From Candidatus Micrarchaeum sp. (GTDB taxonomy: Archaea > Micrarchaeota > Micrarchaeia > Micrarchaeales > Micrarchaeaceae): a stretch of 32,000 nt of DNA. This document shows positions 8,485 through 17,090 of this stretch, piece after piece. The position numbers and the translations under genes are program-made. The notes under the pieces were generated by a model. That model was not told where the DNA came from. It made no database searches and saw only the letters and a program-made list of their open reading frames with translations. Each line of letters begins with the position of its first letter. Position 1 is the stretch's first letter. Location of the stretch: assembly GCF_016806735.1 (NCBI RefSeq), contig NZ_CP060530.1, forward strand, positions 900,001 through 932,000, read 5' to 3'.

Positions 8485-8720
8485 AACGGTGACATCCTCC
8501 CACGACTGAAGTCGTGGGCTTCCAATGGTGGCTTTTTGATTGGTCATCTTGAACCACCAAGTATAGTTCCTGATTCAACGACGGCTGCCTCCTGTAGCTG
8601 AGGTCTTACAACGTCTCCAGAGGCGTTACTTCCCGCAAGTCCTGCGGTAGTCAGGATATTTATTGAGGCATTCAAATCTCTGTCCTTTGACATCCCGCAT
8701 TTCTGACAGAGAAATGTCCG
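8485..8720 (-). ncRNA. Putative omegaRNA (TnpB guide RNA scaffold); extent not determined
   Basis: Inferred from family knowledge: omegaRNAs overlap the tnpB 3' end and the RE. Structured elements seen here are ccaat-N12-attgg (8523-8544) and the 8-bp RE hairpin (8499-8518). There is no direct transcript evidence. Confidence 0.3.
8499..8518 (-). repeat. Right-end (tnpB-distal) subterminal hairpin of the IS
   Basis: The + strand cccacgac-tgaa-gtcgtggg forms a perfect 8-bp stem, 25 nt beyond the tnpB stop. It shares tcccac...tgaag...gtggg with the hairpin at 9792-9812. Confidence 0.8.
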
Positions 8721-9737
8721 TTCACTCAATTCAATATCCTGTATATTTCCACAATCACTGCACGTTCTAGAGGTGTTCTTTGGATTCACTCCAACTACCC
8801 TGCAACCAGCATTTTCAGCCTTGTAGCAGAGGTATTGGATGAAGTTTCCCCAAGAAACATCTGTAATCTGTCTTGCAAGATGATGATTCTTCATCATATT
8901 TGCAATCTTCAGTTCCTCGTATGCAATTAATGAGTATGAATTGACGAGATGATGGGATGTCTTGTGAAGGAAGTCATCCCGCTGCCTTGCGATGTGTTCT
9001 GAAATCCTCGCAAGTTTTATCTTTGCCCTTCTCCTGTTCTTGCTTCCCTTATTTTTATTCGAGAGCCTTCTCTGAATCATTTTCAGTTTATCTATGGATT
9101 TATTCGAGATTCTTGGATTTGGAATCTTCGTTCCGTCCGACATGGTTGCATATTCCTTGAGCCCCAAGTCAATCCCTACCTGTGGTTTATTGTTCGAGAA
9201 CAGTGGTGTTTCCTCATTTTCTACCGAAAACGTGATATACCATTCCTGCGATTTTGTCTGTTTTATCGCCATTGTTTTTATCTTTCCCTCCATGTCCCTG
9301 TGATTGACGAAATTTATTCTTCCGATTTTTGAAATGAAAACCTTCTTCTTTTCTGGTTTGAATCCAGATTGCGGGTATGTCAGCGAGGATATATATGATT
9401 TGAATCTTGGAAAACCGAGCTTGATTTTCTTTCCATGTTTTCTTTCCTTTATTCTCCTGAAGAAGTTCTGGTATGCCTTTGAAACCCTGTCTGCGATGTT
9501 CTGGCAGACCTGCGAATAGAGTTCGTTGAATTCCGGATTCTTTTTCTTGAGTTTTGTTATCCATTTGTTCATGTCGTATTTCGTGAACGTCTTTCCAGTT
9601 TCCTTGAAGTGCTTTTGTGATTGCTCAAGAAGGAGATTGTAAATTTGTTTCGATAGGTACATCTGGCGGTTGAGTGCCGACTTCTGCGATTGCGAAGGAT
9701 ACGCCCTATATCTGTATGTCTTTTTCAAGATGACCAT
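8544..9737 (-). CDS. tnpB: TnpB (IS200/IS605 OrfB) RNA-guided endonuclease family protein
   Basis: The N-terminus KKTYRYRAYPS is typical of OrfB. RuvC-like triad: VGIDLGLKEYA (D), IAYEELK (E), DRDLNASINI (D). C4 zinc finger CSDCG...CQKCG. Start set at MVILKK (9737) rather than the upstream-extended 9791. Confidence 0.92.
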   Translation of the reverse strand: MVILKKTYRYRAYPSQSQKSALNRQMYLSKQIYNLLLEQSQKHFKETGKTFTKYDMNKWITKLKKKNPEFNELYSQVCQNIADRVSKAYQNFFRRIKERKHGKKIKLGFPRFKSYISSLTYPQSGFKPEKKKVFISKIGRINFVNHRDMEGKIKTMAIKQTKSQEWYITFSVENEETPLFSNNKPQVGIDLGLKEYATMSDGTKIPNPRISNKSIDKLKMIQRRLSNKNKGSKNRRRAKIKLARISEHIARQRDDFLHKTSHHLVNSYSLIAYEELKIANMMKNHHLARQITDVSWGNFIQYLCYKAENAGCRVVGVNPKNTSRTCSDCGNIQDIELSERTFLCQKCGMSKDRDLNASINILTTAGLAGSNASGDVVRPQLQEAAVVESGTILGGSR

Positions 9738-9791
9738 GTTATCTACGCAATTAAATTTTATACGCCTTGCTATTCTGCGGTTCGCTCTCAT

Positions 9792-9812
9792 CCCACCTCT
9801 GAAGAGTGTGGG
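9792..9812 (-). repeat. Left-end subterminal hairpin of the IS
   Basis: The + strand cccacctc-tgaa-gag(t)gtggg forms an 8-bp stem with one bulged t. It has the same orientation and sequence frame as the right-end hairpin. Confidence 0.75.
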
Positions 9813-9837
9813 TTTTCCCGCTCACTTTGATAAAGCG

Positions 9838-11625
9838 TTACCGTTTGGTAATGAGCCAGCCCTGAAGGTAAAGCGCATCAAGGCCGCTGGATGCAAAACT
9901 CCTGAGCGCCTGTGTGGGAGTCTCTACGAGAGGTTCTCCTGCATTGTTGAAGCTGGTGTTTACAACTATGCCCTCTCCGGTGTCGGATTCGAATCCGCTT
10001 ATGAGATCATACCAAAGCCTGTTCGTTTTGCGAGTAACTGTTTGGGGCCGTGCAGTCATGTCTACATGGTTTATTGCGGGAGCATTTTCCTTTGCCGATT
10101 TTGTAGTATGAAACATCATTACCATGAATTCGTGCTTAACAGGGTCTACGAAATATTTTTTCATTGAGCTTTCCAAAAGAGAAGGAGCCAAAGGCCTCCA
10201 CCACTCCCTGCCTTTTATTGCATTGACCCTGTCCCAATTATCCCTGTTTCGTGGATCAGCAACTATGCTCCTATTGCCCAGGGCTCTTGGGCCAAGTTCG
10301 GAGCGGCCATTGTAGAATCCGACAATCATTCCTTTCTCTATCGCCGATAAAACCCCAGAAACATCATCGCCAACCTTTTCGGATCTAAGTTTAGATTTCA
10401 TTACGCTCGCTTTTACTTCCTCTTCCGAATATGAATCCCCAAGATAGACTGAATTTAGCCTGCTGCTTTTGATTGCGCCGCCCAGCTCTGAATATGCATA
10501 AGCGGCTGCGCCTATTGGCCCTCCGGAATCGTTTGCCGCTGGAAAAACAAACATATTGCCGAATATTTTTGAATAGTGTAGCTCCATGTTCGCCTTGGCG
10601 TTCAGGGCCGAGCCGCCGGATAGAACCAAATTGCTCTGCCCCGTCTCTGACTTTATGCGCTCGGCCATGCTTAGAAGCAAGCTTTCGAAGAAGGATTGGA
10701 TAGTGTGCGCATAGTCGCATGCAGCCTGATTCAGCTTTTGCGTGCTGGTCTCGGGCTTTATAGGAGCCCTTGAATCCGTAACGTATTCAGCTATCCCATC
10801 ATACATCTGGTCCTGGAGTGGCAGAGATAAAGATTTTTTAACCTTATATAGGCCATTGCTTCCCTCTACTGCAGCTTCAAGCCTTTTCATCATCTTTGGA
10901 TTGTCCTTGCCGTATGGAGCCAGGCCCATTGCCTTTCCGGGACCCTCCAGCCTGGAGAAACCGAGATATTTGGAAACGTATTCGTACAGATACCCCATGG
11001 AAAGCGAATTCCAGCTCTGCTCAAAAACGTTTTCGAAAGAGCCGTTCTTTACAGACCATGCGGTTGTAGAATCCGTTTCGCCTTGGCCGTCTACAACTAT
11101 TGCAGCTGCACTGCGGAATCCGGAAAAATAGTATGCGGAAGCGGCGTGTGCCAAATGATGCCGCACTGGAATTACCCTTATCCCGCTGTCGTTGACCGCA
11201 TAGCCCATGTGCAAAAGCACTTCCTTTATGAAGAGCTTGGCTGACAATGCAAAATCCAGCCTTGAAGTGACAGACCTAGTTATTGTGCGCATTATGGATG
11301 AATAGGCCATGCTCGCCATATTGTTTCTTAGGGCGTAGTCCTTGACCAGCGAAGCCTGCGAGAACGAATGCCATGCCCTTGATTTGACACTGTAAAGCTT
11401 AGGGTCGAAGTTAGTGGCATACGCATCAACATGATCCGGGCTTATCCCATAATTGCTCTTTAGAAATCTGAAGCAGTGCTCCAGCGCATTCGCGGGCAGC
11501 TCATACGGAGAGTGCTTGTTCCTAGTGTAACGCTCCTCCTCCGAAGCATATACCAGCTTGCCGTCCAGTATTGCAGCTACTGCGTTGTCGTGGAAGTTCG
11601 GCCAATTGAAACCAATTACCAGCAC
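9838..11625 (-). CDS. Carbamoyltransferase, NodU/CmcH/TobZ family
   Basis: 595 aa. N-terminus MLVIGFNWPNFHDNAVAAILDGKLVYASEEERYTRNKHS, then HHLAHAASAYYFSGF, LSGGSALNAKAN, and C-terminal domain GPRALGNRSI..DPR and NTSFN. Confidence 0.9.
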   Translation of the reverse strand: MLVIGFNWPNFHDNAVAAILDGKLVYASEEERYTRNKHSPYELPANALEHCFRFLKSNYGISPDHVDAYATNFDPKLYSVKSRAWHSFSQASLVKDYALRNNMASMAYSSIMRTITRSVTSRLDFALSAKLFIKEVLLHMGYAVNDSGIRVIPVRHHLAHAASAYYFSGFRSAAAIVVDGQGETDSTTAWSVKNGSFENVFEQSWNSLSMGYLYEYVSKYLGFSRLEGPGKAMGLAPYGKDNPKMMKRLEAAVEGSNGLYKVKKSLSLPLQDQMYDGIAEYVTDSRAPIKPETSTQKLNQAACDYAHTIQSFFESLLLSMAERIKSETGQSNLVLSGGSALNAKANMELHYSKIFGNMFVFPAANDSGGPIGAAAYAYSELGGAIKSSRLNSVYLGDSYSEEEVKASVMKSKLRSEKVGDDVSGVLSAIEKGMIVGFYNGRSELGPRALGNRSIVADPRNRDNWDRVNAIKGREWWRPLAPSLLESSMKKYFVDPVKHEFMVMMFHTTKSAKENAPAINHVDMTARPQTVTRKTNRLWYDLISGFESDTGEGIVVNTSFNNAGEPLVETPTQALRSFASSGLDALYLQGWLITKR

Positions 11626-11629
11626 TTTA

Positions 11630-12295
11630 TCACTTGTCCGAAAGTTCGGCCCCGTCTATTATATATTCCCCAACTGTGCCGTCCCAGGTTATATGGTACG
11701 AGGTTATTTTTACCCTTTTCTTGAACATAGGGGCGTTTAGGACGAATGATTCGGCCTCTCCGCCCTCGAAAGCCACGTTTATCCTGTATTTCTTTTTTAG
11801 TGCGACAAGCCTTTCTACGGTCTCCTTGTTTATGGCAGCGCCTACGAAAGATTCGTCCATGCCGTATGCGGCTACCTTTGTTATTATGGCTTCGAACTTC
11901 TCCGCAATTTCAGCAAGCTCTTTCTCCTGGTCCATCCCCCAAAGCGGAGAAATCATTTCTATTCCCTGCTCCTTGCATATTGATTCTATGCGGTCCTTCT
12001 GGTACCTGCTTGCTATTGCCCCGGTTATTAGCTTTGTCACATTGTTGGCTTTGAGCGCCTCTGCCAGGTCGTTTAGCTCAAGCTCCTTTTCTCCTTCAGT
12101 ATCCCATATTACGTGCTTTATTCCCATCGCCTTGGCCTGCAGCGAAGTGTACTTTATGTTTGGCTTGTGGAACATATAGCTGTCCTCGTTGTAGGGCTTC
12201 ATTGTTATTAGGAGTTTGGGCTTCAGGCCTGCTTCGCTTGCCTTATGTATTGCCAGTGTGGAATCCTTCCCACCGCTGAAAAGTGCAGCTATCAT
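11630..12295 (-). CDS. PP-loop ATP pyrophosphatase, MJ0570/Dph6-like (putative diphthine-ammonia ligase)
   Basis: MIAALFSGGKDSTLAIHKA contains the SGGKDS PP-loop. Length (~221 aa) and EGGE..S near the C-terminus fit the Diphthami_syn_2 family. ATG 12295 forms an ATGA overlap with the nth stop; the listed 12412 start would overlap nth by 120 nt. Confidence 0.75.
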   Translation of the reverse strand: MIAALFSGGKDSTLAIHKASEAGLKPKLLITMKPYNEDSYMFHKPNIKYTSLQAKAMGIKHVIWDTEGEKELELNDLAEALKANNVTKLITGAIASRYQKDRIESICKEQGIEMISPLWGMDQEKELAEIAEKFEAIITKVAAYGMDESFVGAAINKETVERLVALKKKYRINVAFEGGEAESFVLNAPMFKKRVKITSYHITWDGTVGEYIIDGAELSDK

Positions 12296-12948
12296 TTTTT
12301 CACCGTGCTTGAAGGGCATATCCTGTTCAGTACGCAGGCTTCGCAGTGCTTGGCCCGGGCTGTGCAAACGTCCCTGCCAAGTGCTATGAATAGGTGCGTT
12401 ACGTTGCCCCAATCTTCTTTAGGCGTTATTTTCATCATCTCCTTTTCTATCTTTTCCGCGTTCGTGCCTTTGGCCAGCCTGAGCCTGTTGCATACTGTTA
12501 TGCAGTGCGTATCTATTGCTATGCCTTCGCTCTTGCCGAACCAGTTGTACTGTACTACGTTAGCAGTCTTTCTTCCGACTCCCGGCAGCGCCTGCAGGGA
12601 TGCGATGTCGCTTGGAACTTTGCCATTAAAATCCTTCTCTATGGCCTTCGCGGCCCTTATTATGTTTTTGGACTTGTTGCGGTACAGCCCTATGGATTTG
12701 GTGTATTTGTACAGCTCGTTCAAGCCCATATCGGCATAGTCGCGAATTTCCCTGTGGTCATGGAAAAGCCTTTTCGTGGCTATGTTAACCTGCTTATCCT
12801 GTGCCTGGGCTGAAAGCATGGTGGCCACAAGAAGCTCCCAGGCATTCGAATATTCCAGCGTGCTTTTCATCTGCTCCGAGTATTTTTTCTTTAGCAGGTA
12901 AAGAACTTTCCTAAGGAAGGGCTTTTTCGATATTGCCAGAGCCAACAC
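12292..12948 (-). CDS. nth: Endonuclease III (DNA glycosylase/AP lyase), paralogue 1
   Basis: HhH-GPD motif LPGVGRKTANVV, catalytic Asp region IAIDTH, and 4Fe-4S cluster loop C-x6-C-x2-C-x5-C (CTARAKHCEACVLNRIC). Confidence 0.9.
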   Translation of the reverse strand: MLALAISKKPFLRKVLYLLKKKYSEQMKSTLEYSNAWELLVATMLSAQAQDKQVNIATKRLFHDHREIRDYADMGLNELYKYTKSIGLYRNKSKNIIRAAKAIEKDFNGKVPSDIASLQALPGVGRKTANVVQYNWFGKSEGIAIDTHCITVCNRLRLAKGTNAEKIEKEMMKITPKEDWGNVTHLFIALGRDVCTARAKHCEACVLNRICPSSTVKK

Positions 12949-13036
12949 CAGAGTTATTTATAGTTTGTAGCGCTATAAGTATGCTTTATATTGACATTTT
13001 TTAGACTTTTACGTAAACATCGTTATAGGTAATTGT

Positions 13037-14155
13037 TTGAGCGGAAATAAGACCGAAAATGCTGATTCCAAAAAGGCCAAGATAGACCTTATAATGAAAA
13101 GAAAGGAGGAGCACATAAGGATATGCCTGGATCAACCAGTTCAGGCAAAGAGCGTGAGGACCCTTTTCAGCGACATGAAGCTGATAAACAACTCGCTGCC
13201 GGAAATAGACTTTGATGACATAGACACTAGCACGACGTTCCTTGGAAAAAAGTTCTCAGCCCCTTTCATGGTGGGAGCCATGACCGGCGGAGCAGAGATG
13301 GCGAAAAAGATAAATGCCAATATAGCAGAGGCTGTTGAAGAGCTGGGCCTTGGAATGGCTCTTGGAAGCCAAAGGGCAGCACTTTATGACGCAGTTCTCG
13401 AAGATACTTATACGATTGCCAGAAAGAATGCACCAAACGCTTTCATAGGCGCGAACATAGGAGGCGCACAAATATCCAAAGGTATGGAAATTTCCGACAT
13501 AAAAAAATTAGTAGATATGGTTGATGCTGACGCTTTGTACGTGCACCTGAACCCTGCGCAGGAGATAGTCCAGCCGGAGGGAGAACCCAAATACAGGAAT
13601 GTCCTTGAAGGGATAAAGGGCATAGCATCCTCTGTCGACAGTCCGGTAATAGCCAAGGAAGTAGGCTTTGGGCTGTCGCCAAATGTTGTAGGCCAGCTTG
13701 AGAAGGCAGGAGTAAAGGCCGTCGAAACTGCTGGAATGGGAGGCACGAGCTACGCAGCGGTAGAATGGTACAGGGCTAAGGCCATGGGCATGGCCTCAAA
13801 GGTGGACCTTGGAAACCTGCTCTGGGATTGGGGAATACCTACGGCAGCTTCGCTCTACATGATAAGGAAGCGCTCGAAGATACCCGTAGTATCTTCAGGC
13901 GGCTTGAGAACGGGAATGGATGTGGCAAAATCTTTGGCAATGGGAGCATCGCTTACCGCAATGGCTCTGCCGGTGCTGAGGCCAGCAACAAAATCCCCGG
14001 AAGAAGTAAAGAAGTTTATAAGCAATGTCGTGCTGGAGCTCAAGAGCGTCATGTTCCTGCTCGGGGCAAAGAATATGAAAGAACTGGCACAGGTTCCCTA
14101 TGTCGCCACAGGAGAACTTGCAATATGGAAGGATTACGCAGATAAAAATCTGTAG
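13037..14155 (+). CDS. fni: Isopentenyl-diphosphate delta-isomerase, type 2 (FMN-dependent)
   Basis: KRKEEHIRICL, FSAPFMVGAMTGG, GSQRAAL, AKEVGFG, ETAGMGGTSYAAVE, VSSGGLRTGMDVAKSLAMGA. Start uncertain: TTG 13037 or ATG 13094 (MKRKEEH). Confidence 0.9.
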   Translation: MSGNKTENADSKKAKIDLIMKRKEEHIRICLDQPVQAKSVRTLFSDMKLINNSLPEIDFDDIDTSTTFLGKKFSAPFMVGAMTGGAEMAKKINANIAEAVEELGLGMALGSQRAALYDAVLEDTYTIARKNAPNAFIGANIGGAQISKGMEISDIKKLVDMVDADALYVHLNPAQEIVQPEGEPKYRNVLEGIKGIASSVDSPVIAKEVGFGLSPNVVGQLEKAGVKAVETAGMGGTSYAAVEWYRAKAMGMASKVDLGNLLWDWGIPTAASLYMIRKRSKIPVVSSGGLRTGMDVAKSLAMGASLTAMALPVLRPATKSPEEVKKFISNVVLELKSVMFLLGAKNMKELAQVPYVATGELAIWKDYADKNL

Positions 14156-14188
14156 CCGATCATTTCTGGTTCCTCTCTGAGGGATAAA

Positions 14189-14854
14189 TTGTTTGGTGTT
14201 GATATGGGATATGAAAGTTCTGGAAAAGATTCGCAGAAAATAATAAGCGCGTTGGAGGCACATTACAAAGGCATACATTATTACCTGAATTTCAGCAATC
14301 CGGTAGAGCTTATGGTAGCTGCAATACTCTCGGCCCAGACCAGAGATACTACGGTAAACTCGCTGACGCCTGCACTTTTTAAAAGATATAGAAGCGCCAG
14401 GGATTATGCAAATTCCACGGAAGAGGATCTGCTCAAATATGTAAAGGGAGTCTTCTACGCCAAGAACAAGGCTTCCAACATAATAAAGGCCTGCAGAATA
14501 ATAGAGGACAAATATGGCGGAAAGGTGCCTGACAGCATGGAAGAGCTAATCGAGCTCCCTGGCATAGGCAGGAAGACTGCCAACACGATATTGATAAACG
14601 CATACGGGATAGTTGAAGGCATACCCGTAGACACATGGGTCATAAAGCTTGCATACAGGATGGGATTAAGCGAGAGCAAGAATCCTGACATCATAGAAAA
14701 AGACCTGGAAAAGATAGTTGACAAAAAATACTGGAATAACATTTCATACATATTGAAGGAGCACGGAAAGCAGATATGCGGAACGGTGCCGAAATGCAGT
14801 TCCTGCTTCCTGAAAGAAATGTGCCCTAAAAACGGAGTAGCAAAAAGCGAATAG
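14189..14854 (+). CDS. Endonuclease III family DNA glycosylase, paralogue 2
   Basis: LPGIGRKTANTILINAYG, IPVDTW, and Fe-S loop CGTVPKCSSCFLKEMC. Start is either TTG 14189 (GAGGG 5 nt upstream) or ATG 14204. Confidence 0.88.
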   Translation: MFGVDMGYESSGKDSQKIISALEAHYKGIHYYLNFSNPVELMVAAILSAQTRDTTVNSLTPALFKRYRSARDYANSTEEDLLKYVKGVFYAKNKASNIIKACRIIEDKYGGKVPDSMEELIELPGIGRKTANTILINAYGIVEGIPVDTWVIKLAYRMGLSESKNPDIIEKDLEKIVDKKYWNNISYILKEHGKQICGTVPKCSSCFLKEMCPKNGVAKSE

Positions 14855-14855
14855 G

Positions 14856-15314
14856 ATGCCAATAAAAAAATGCATAGTTGCCGGATGCATGGTTATAGAA
14901 GGAGGCAGGATGCTCATGGTAAAGCACAAAAAGCTCGGGATATGGGTTCCACCAGGAGGGCACGTCGAAGAAAACGAATTTCCTTATGAAGCAGCAATAA
15001 GGGAAACCAAAGAGGAAACTGGCATCGACGTTGAATTGATTGGCGACGACAACGTAAAGCACACAGACGAAGCCGCACATACGCTTCCGGAGCCGTTCGT
15101 AATACTGTATGAAAATGTGCCTTACAAGACGCAGCCAATGCACATACATTTCGACATGGTTTACGTTGGAAATAGGATTGGCGGCGAGATTGCGGCGAAT
15201 GACGAAAGCACTGACATAAGATGGATGAGCAAGGACGAAATAAGCATAATGGAAACTTTTCCCAATGTGAGGGAAGTAGCGCTAAAGGCTTTGGAGAGAT
15301 ATGGAAATTTGTAG
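14856..15314 (+). CDS. Nudix hydrolase (MutT-like)
   Basis: Complete Nudix box GGHVEENEFPYEAAIRETKEETGI (G-x5-E-x7-REUxEExGU). The start is 1 nt after the nth paralogue stop. Confidence 0.88.
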   Translation: MPIKKCIVAGCMVIEGGRMLMVKHKKLGIWVPPGGHVEENEFPYEAAIRETKEETGIDVELIGDDNVKHTDEAAHTLPEPFVILYENVPYKTQPMHIHFDMVYVGNRIGGEIAANDESTDIRWMSKDEISIMETFPNVREVALKALERYGNL

Positions 15315-15317
15315 GCA

Positions 15318-16592
15318 ATGTTTATGAAAATAGTAGCGGATTTGCACGTACATTCAAGATTTGCAATGGCATGCAGCGAAGCAATAAACCCGAAATCAAT
15401 GGCAGAGACCGCCAAGGAGAAGGGCATAAACGTCCTTGGGACTGGAGACATACTGCACCCCGAATGGCTAAAGGAGGTTGAAAAGAACACGGTAAGCGAA
15501 GGCAACGGCTTATACGCCCTCAAAGGATCCGACAATAAGACCGCATTCGTTCCCAGCGTAGAAGTTTCGACGATATTTGAAGGCAGGGACAAGGGAATAA
15601 AGAAGATACACAACTGCATATTGCTGCCAAGCCTGGAATCAGCAAAGGAACTTTCCGAAAGGCTCAGCAAATACGGCAGCATGAATTCCGACGGAAGGCC
15701 GCAGCTGCAGATAAGCGCGGCACATTTGGTCGACATAGCCAAGGAGGTTGACAAAAAGGCGTTCATATTTCCTGCGCATCTGTGGACTCCGTATTTCGGA
15801 GCGCTCGGAGCCATGTCGGGATTCGATTCTATAAAAGAGGCATATGAGGACAGGGAAAAGGACATAAGGGCTTACGAAAGCGGGCTCAGCTCCGATCCAA
15901 AAATGAACTGGAGAATATCGGAACTGGACAAATACACGCTAATATCCAACAGCGATATGCATTCGCTTGCGAACATGGGCAGGGAAACAAACGTTCTTGA
16001 CCTTGAAGAATTGTCATACGATTCCATAATAAAGGCAATAGTGGACAGGGATGCCGAAAGGTTCAAGTTAACGGTTGAATACTATCCAGAGGAAGGGAAA
16101 TACCACTACGACGGGCACAGGGAATGCGGATATTCCGTAAACCCCGAAGAGAACAAGTCCACCGTCTGCAAGGTCTGCGGCAAGAAGCTGGTAATAGGAG
16201 TGCTGCACAGGGTGGACGACCTGGCAGACAGGCCGGTAGGATACGTGCCAAAGGTGCACATACCTTACATACATTCTGTGCCGCTCATAGAAGTCATATC
16301 GTACGCGAAAAAGAAAACAAGATACACGCAGGAAGTCAAAACTTTGTATTCGAAATTGATAGAAAGGTTTGGCGACGAAATGGACGTGCTGACAAAAGCG
16401 AAGATAAGCGATATAAGTGAAATTGCTGGAGAAGAAATAGCAGAGTGCATAGACAACGTGCGCAACGACAGGATAAAGATAAGGCCGGGATATTCCGGAG
16501 TTTTTGGAGAGCTTGACCTTTTGGGAAGGGAGCCCGAGCCGAAAAGCAGAGCCAACCAGCAGAAGAGCATGAAGGATTTCTTTTCGGGGTAG
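15318..16592 (+). CDS. endoQ: Endonuclease Q (PHP-domain endonuclease acting 5' of deaminated/abasic bases)
   Basis: 424 aa, the same size as Pyrococcus EndoQ. By-eye matches: DLHVHSRF, LGTGDILHPEW, PAHLWTPY, GLSSDPKMN, ISNSDMHS, GRETN, GKYHYDGHR, zinc-finger CKVCGKK, PGYSGVFGEL. The start could be ATG 15324. Confidence 0.8.
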   Translation: MFMKIVADLHVHSRFAMACSEAINPKSMAETAKEKGINVLGTGDILHPEWLKEVEKNTVSEGNGLYALKGSDNKTAFVPSVEVSTIFEGRDKGIKKIHNCILLPSLESAKELSERLSKYGSMNSDGRPQLQISAAHLVDIAKEVDKKAFIFPAHLWTPYFGALGAMSGFDSIKEAYEDREKDIRAYESGLSSDPKMNWRISELDKYTLISNSDMHSLANMGRETNVLDLEELSYDSIIKAIVDRDAERFKLTVEYYPEEGKYHYDGHRECGYSVNPEENKSTVCKVCGKKLVIGVLHRVDDLADRPVGYVPKVHIPYIHSVPLIEVISYAKKKTRYTQEVKTLYSKLIERFGDEMDVLTKAKISDISEIAGEEIAECIDNVRNDRIKIRPGYSGVFGELDLLGREPEPKSRANQQKSMKDFFSG

Positions 16593-16596
16593 TTAA

Positions 16597-17082
16597 ATGG
16601 CAGTGCTTGAAGATGGAGATGTAAGATTGAGGCCGGCTGACCTCAAAGAGGACATGGGATTTTTTCTGGAGTGGTATACCAATCCCGACGTGCTTTTTTA
16701 TTCGGAGGGGCCAAAGGCAATGCCATACGGGCCCGACGTGATAGAAAGGATGAACAAAGCTTTATCCGAAATCGGCGAAGCCTACGTTATAGAGGTCAAA
16801 GAAAACGGCTCATGGAAACCGATAGGAGACGCGAGCATAACCAAGGACAAAACGCCGATAACAATAGGTGCTGAAGAATACTGGGGCAGGGGCATTGGGA
16901 CAAAGGTGCTTAGTCTGCTTATAAAACGCGCTAGAGAGATAGGGTTAAAGGAGCTAAAGGTTGGCGGAATTTATGAATACAATACGCGAAGCATGAAGCT
17001 TTATTCCAAGGCAGGGTTCGTAGAGACAGGCCGCGTGGAAGAGGACGGCTATGTAAGCATAAGGATGGAGCTGAAGCTTTAG
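16597..17082 (+). CDS. GNAT family N-acetyltransferase (RimJ/RimL-like)
   Basis: 161 aa with the acetyl-CoA motif A YWGRGIGTKVLSLLIKRARE. Typical C-terminus SMKLYSKAGFVETGR. Confidence 0.8.
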   Translation: MAVLEDGDVRLRPADLKEDMGFFLEWYTNPDVLFYSEGPKAMPYGPDVIERMNKALSEIGEAYVIEVKENGSWKPIGDASITKDKTPITIGAEEYWGRGIGTKVLSLLIKRAREIGLKELKVGGIYEYNTRSMKLYSKAGFVETGRVEEDGYVSIRMELKL

Positions 17083-17090
17083 ATGGTTTG

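Larger units (their letters stand above)
8485..9832 (-). mobile_element. IS200/IS605-family element, tnpB-only (IS1341-like); boundaries approximate
   Basis: A TnpB ORF is flanked by two similar subterminal hairpins (8499-8518 and 9792-9812). The element sits between the carbamoyltransferase stop (9838) and the aminotransferase start (8448). It is visibly more AT-rich than its neighbours. No Y1 transposase (tnpA) is in the window. Confidence 0.8.

Noticed and set aside
15161-15865. Long antisense ORFs opposite well-supported genes. Examples: 15161..15865 opposite endoQ, 11634..12179 opposite the PP-loop gene, 27060..27551 opposite GT2, 31323..31859 opposite MFS, 100..504 opposite the kinase, and 2592..3062 and 2824..3324 opposite the response regulator.
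   Set aside because: Their translations are low-complexity and S/L/F/C-rich with no motifs. Each is fully nested in a motif-rich gene on the other strand. Such shadow ORFs are expected from the codon bias.
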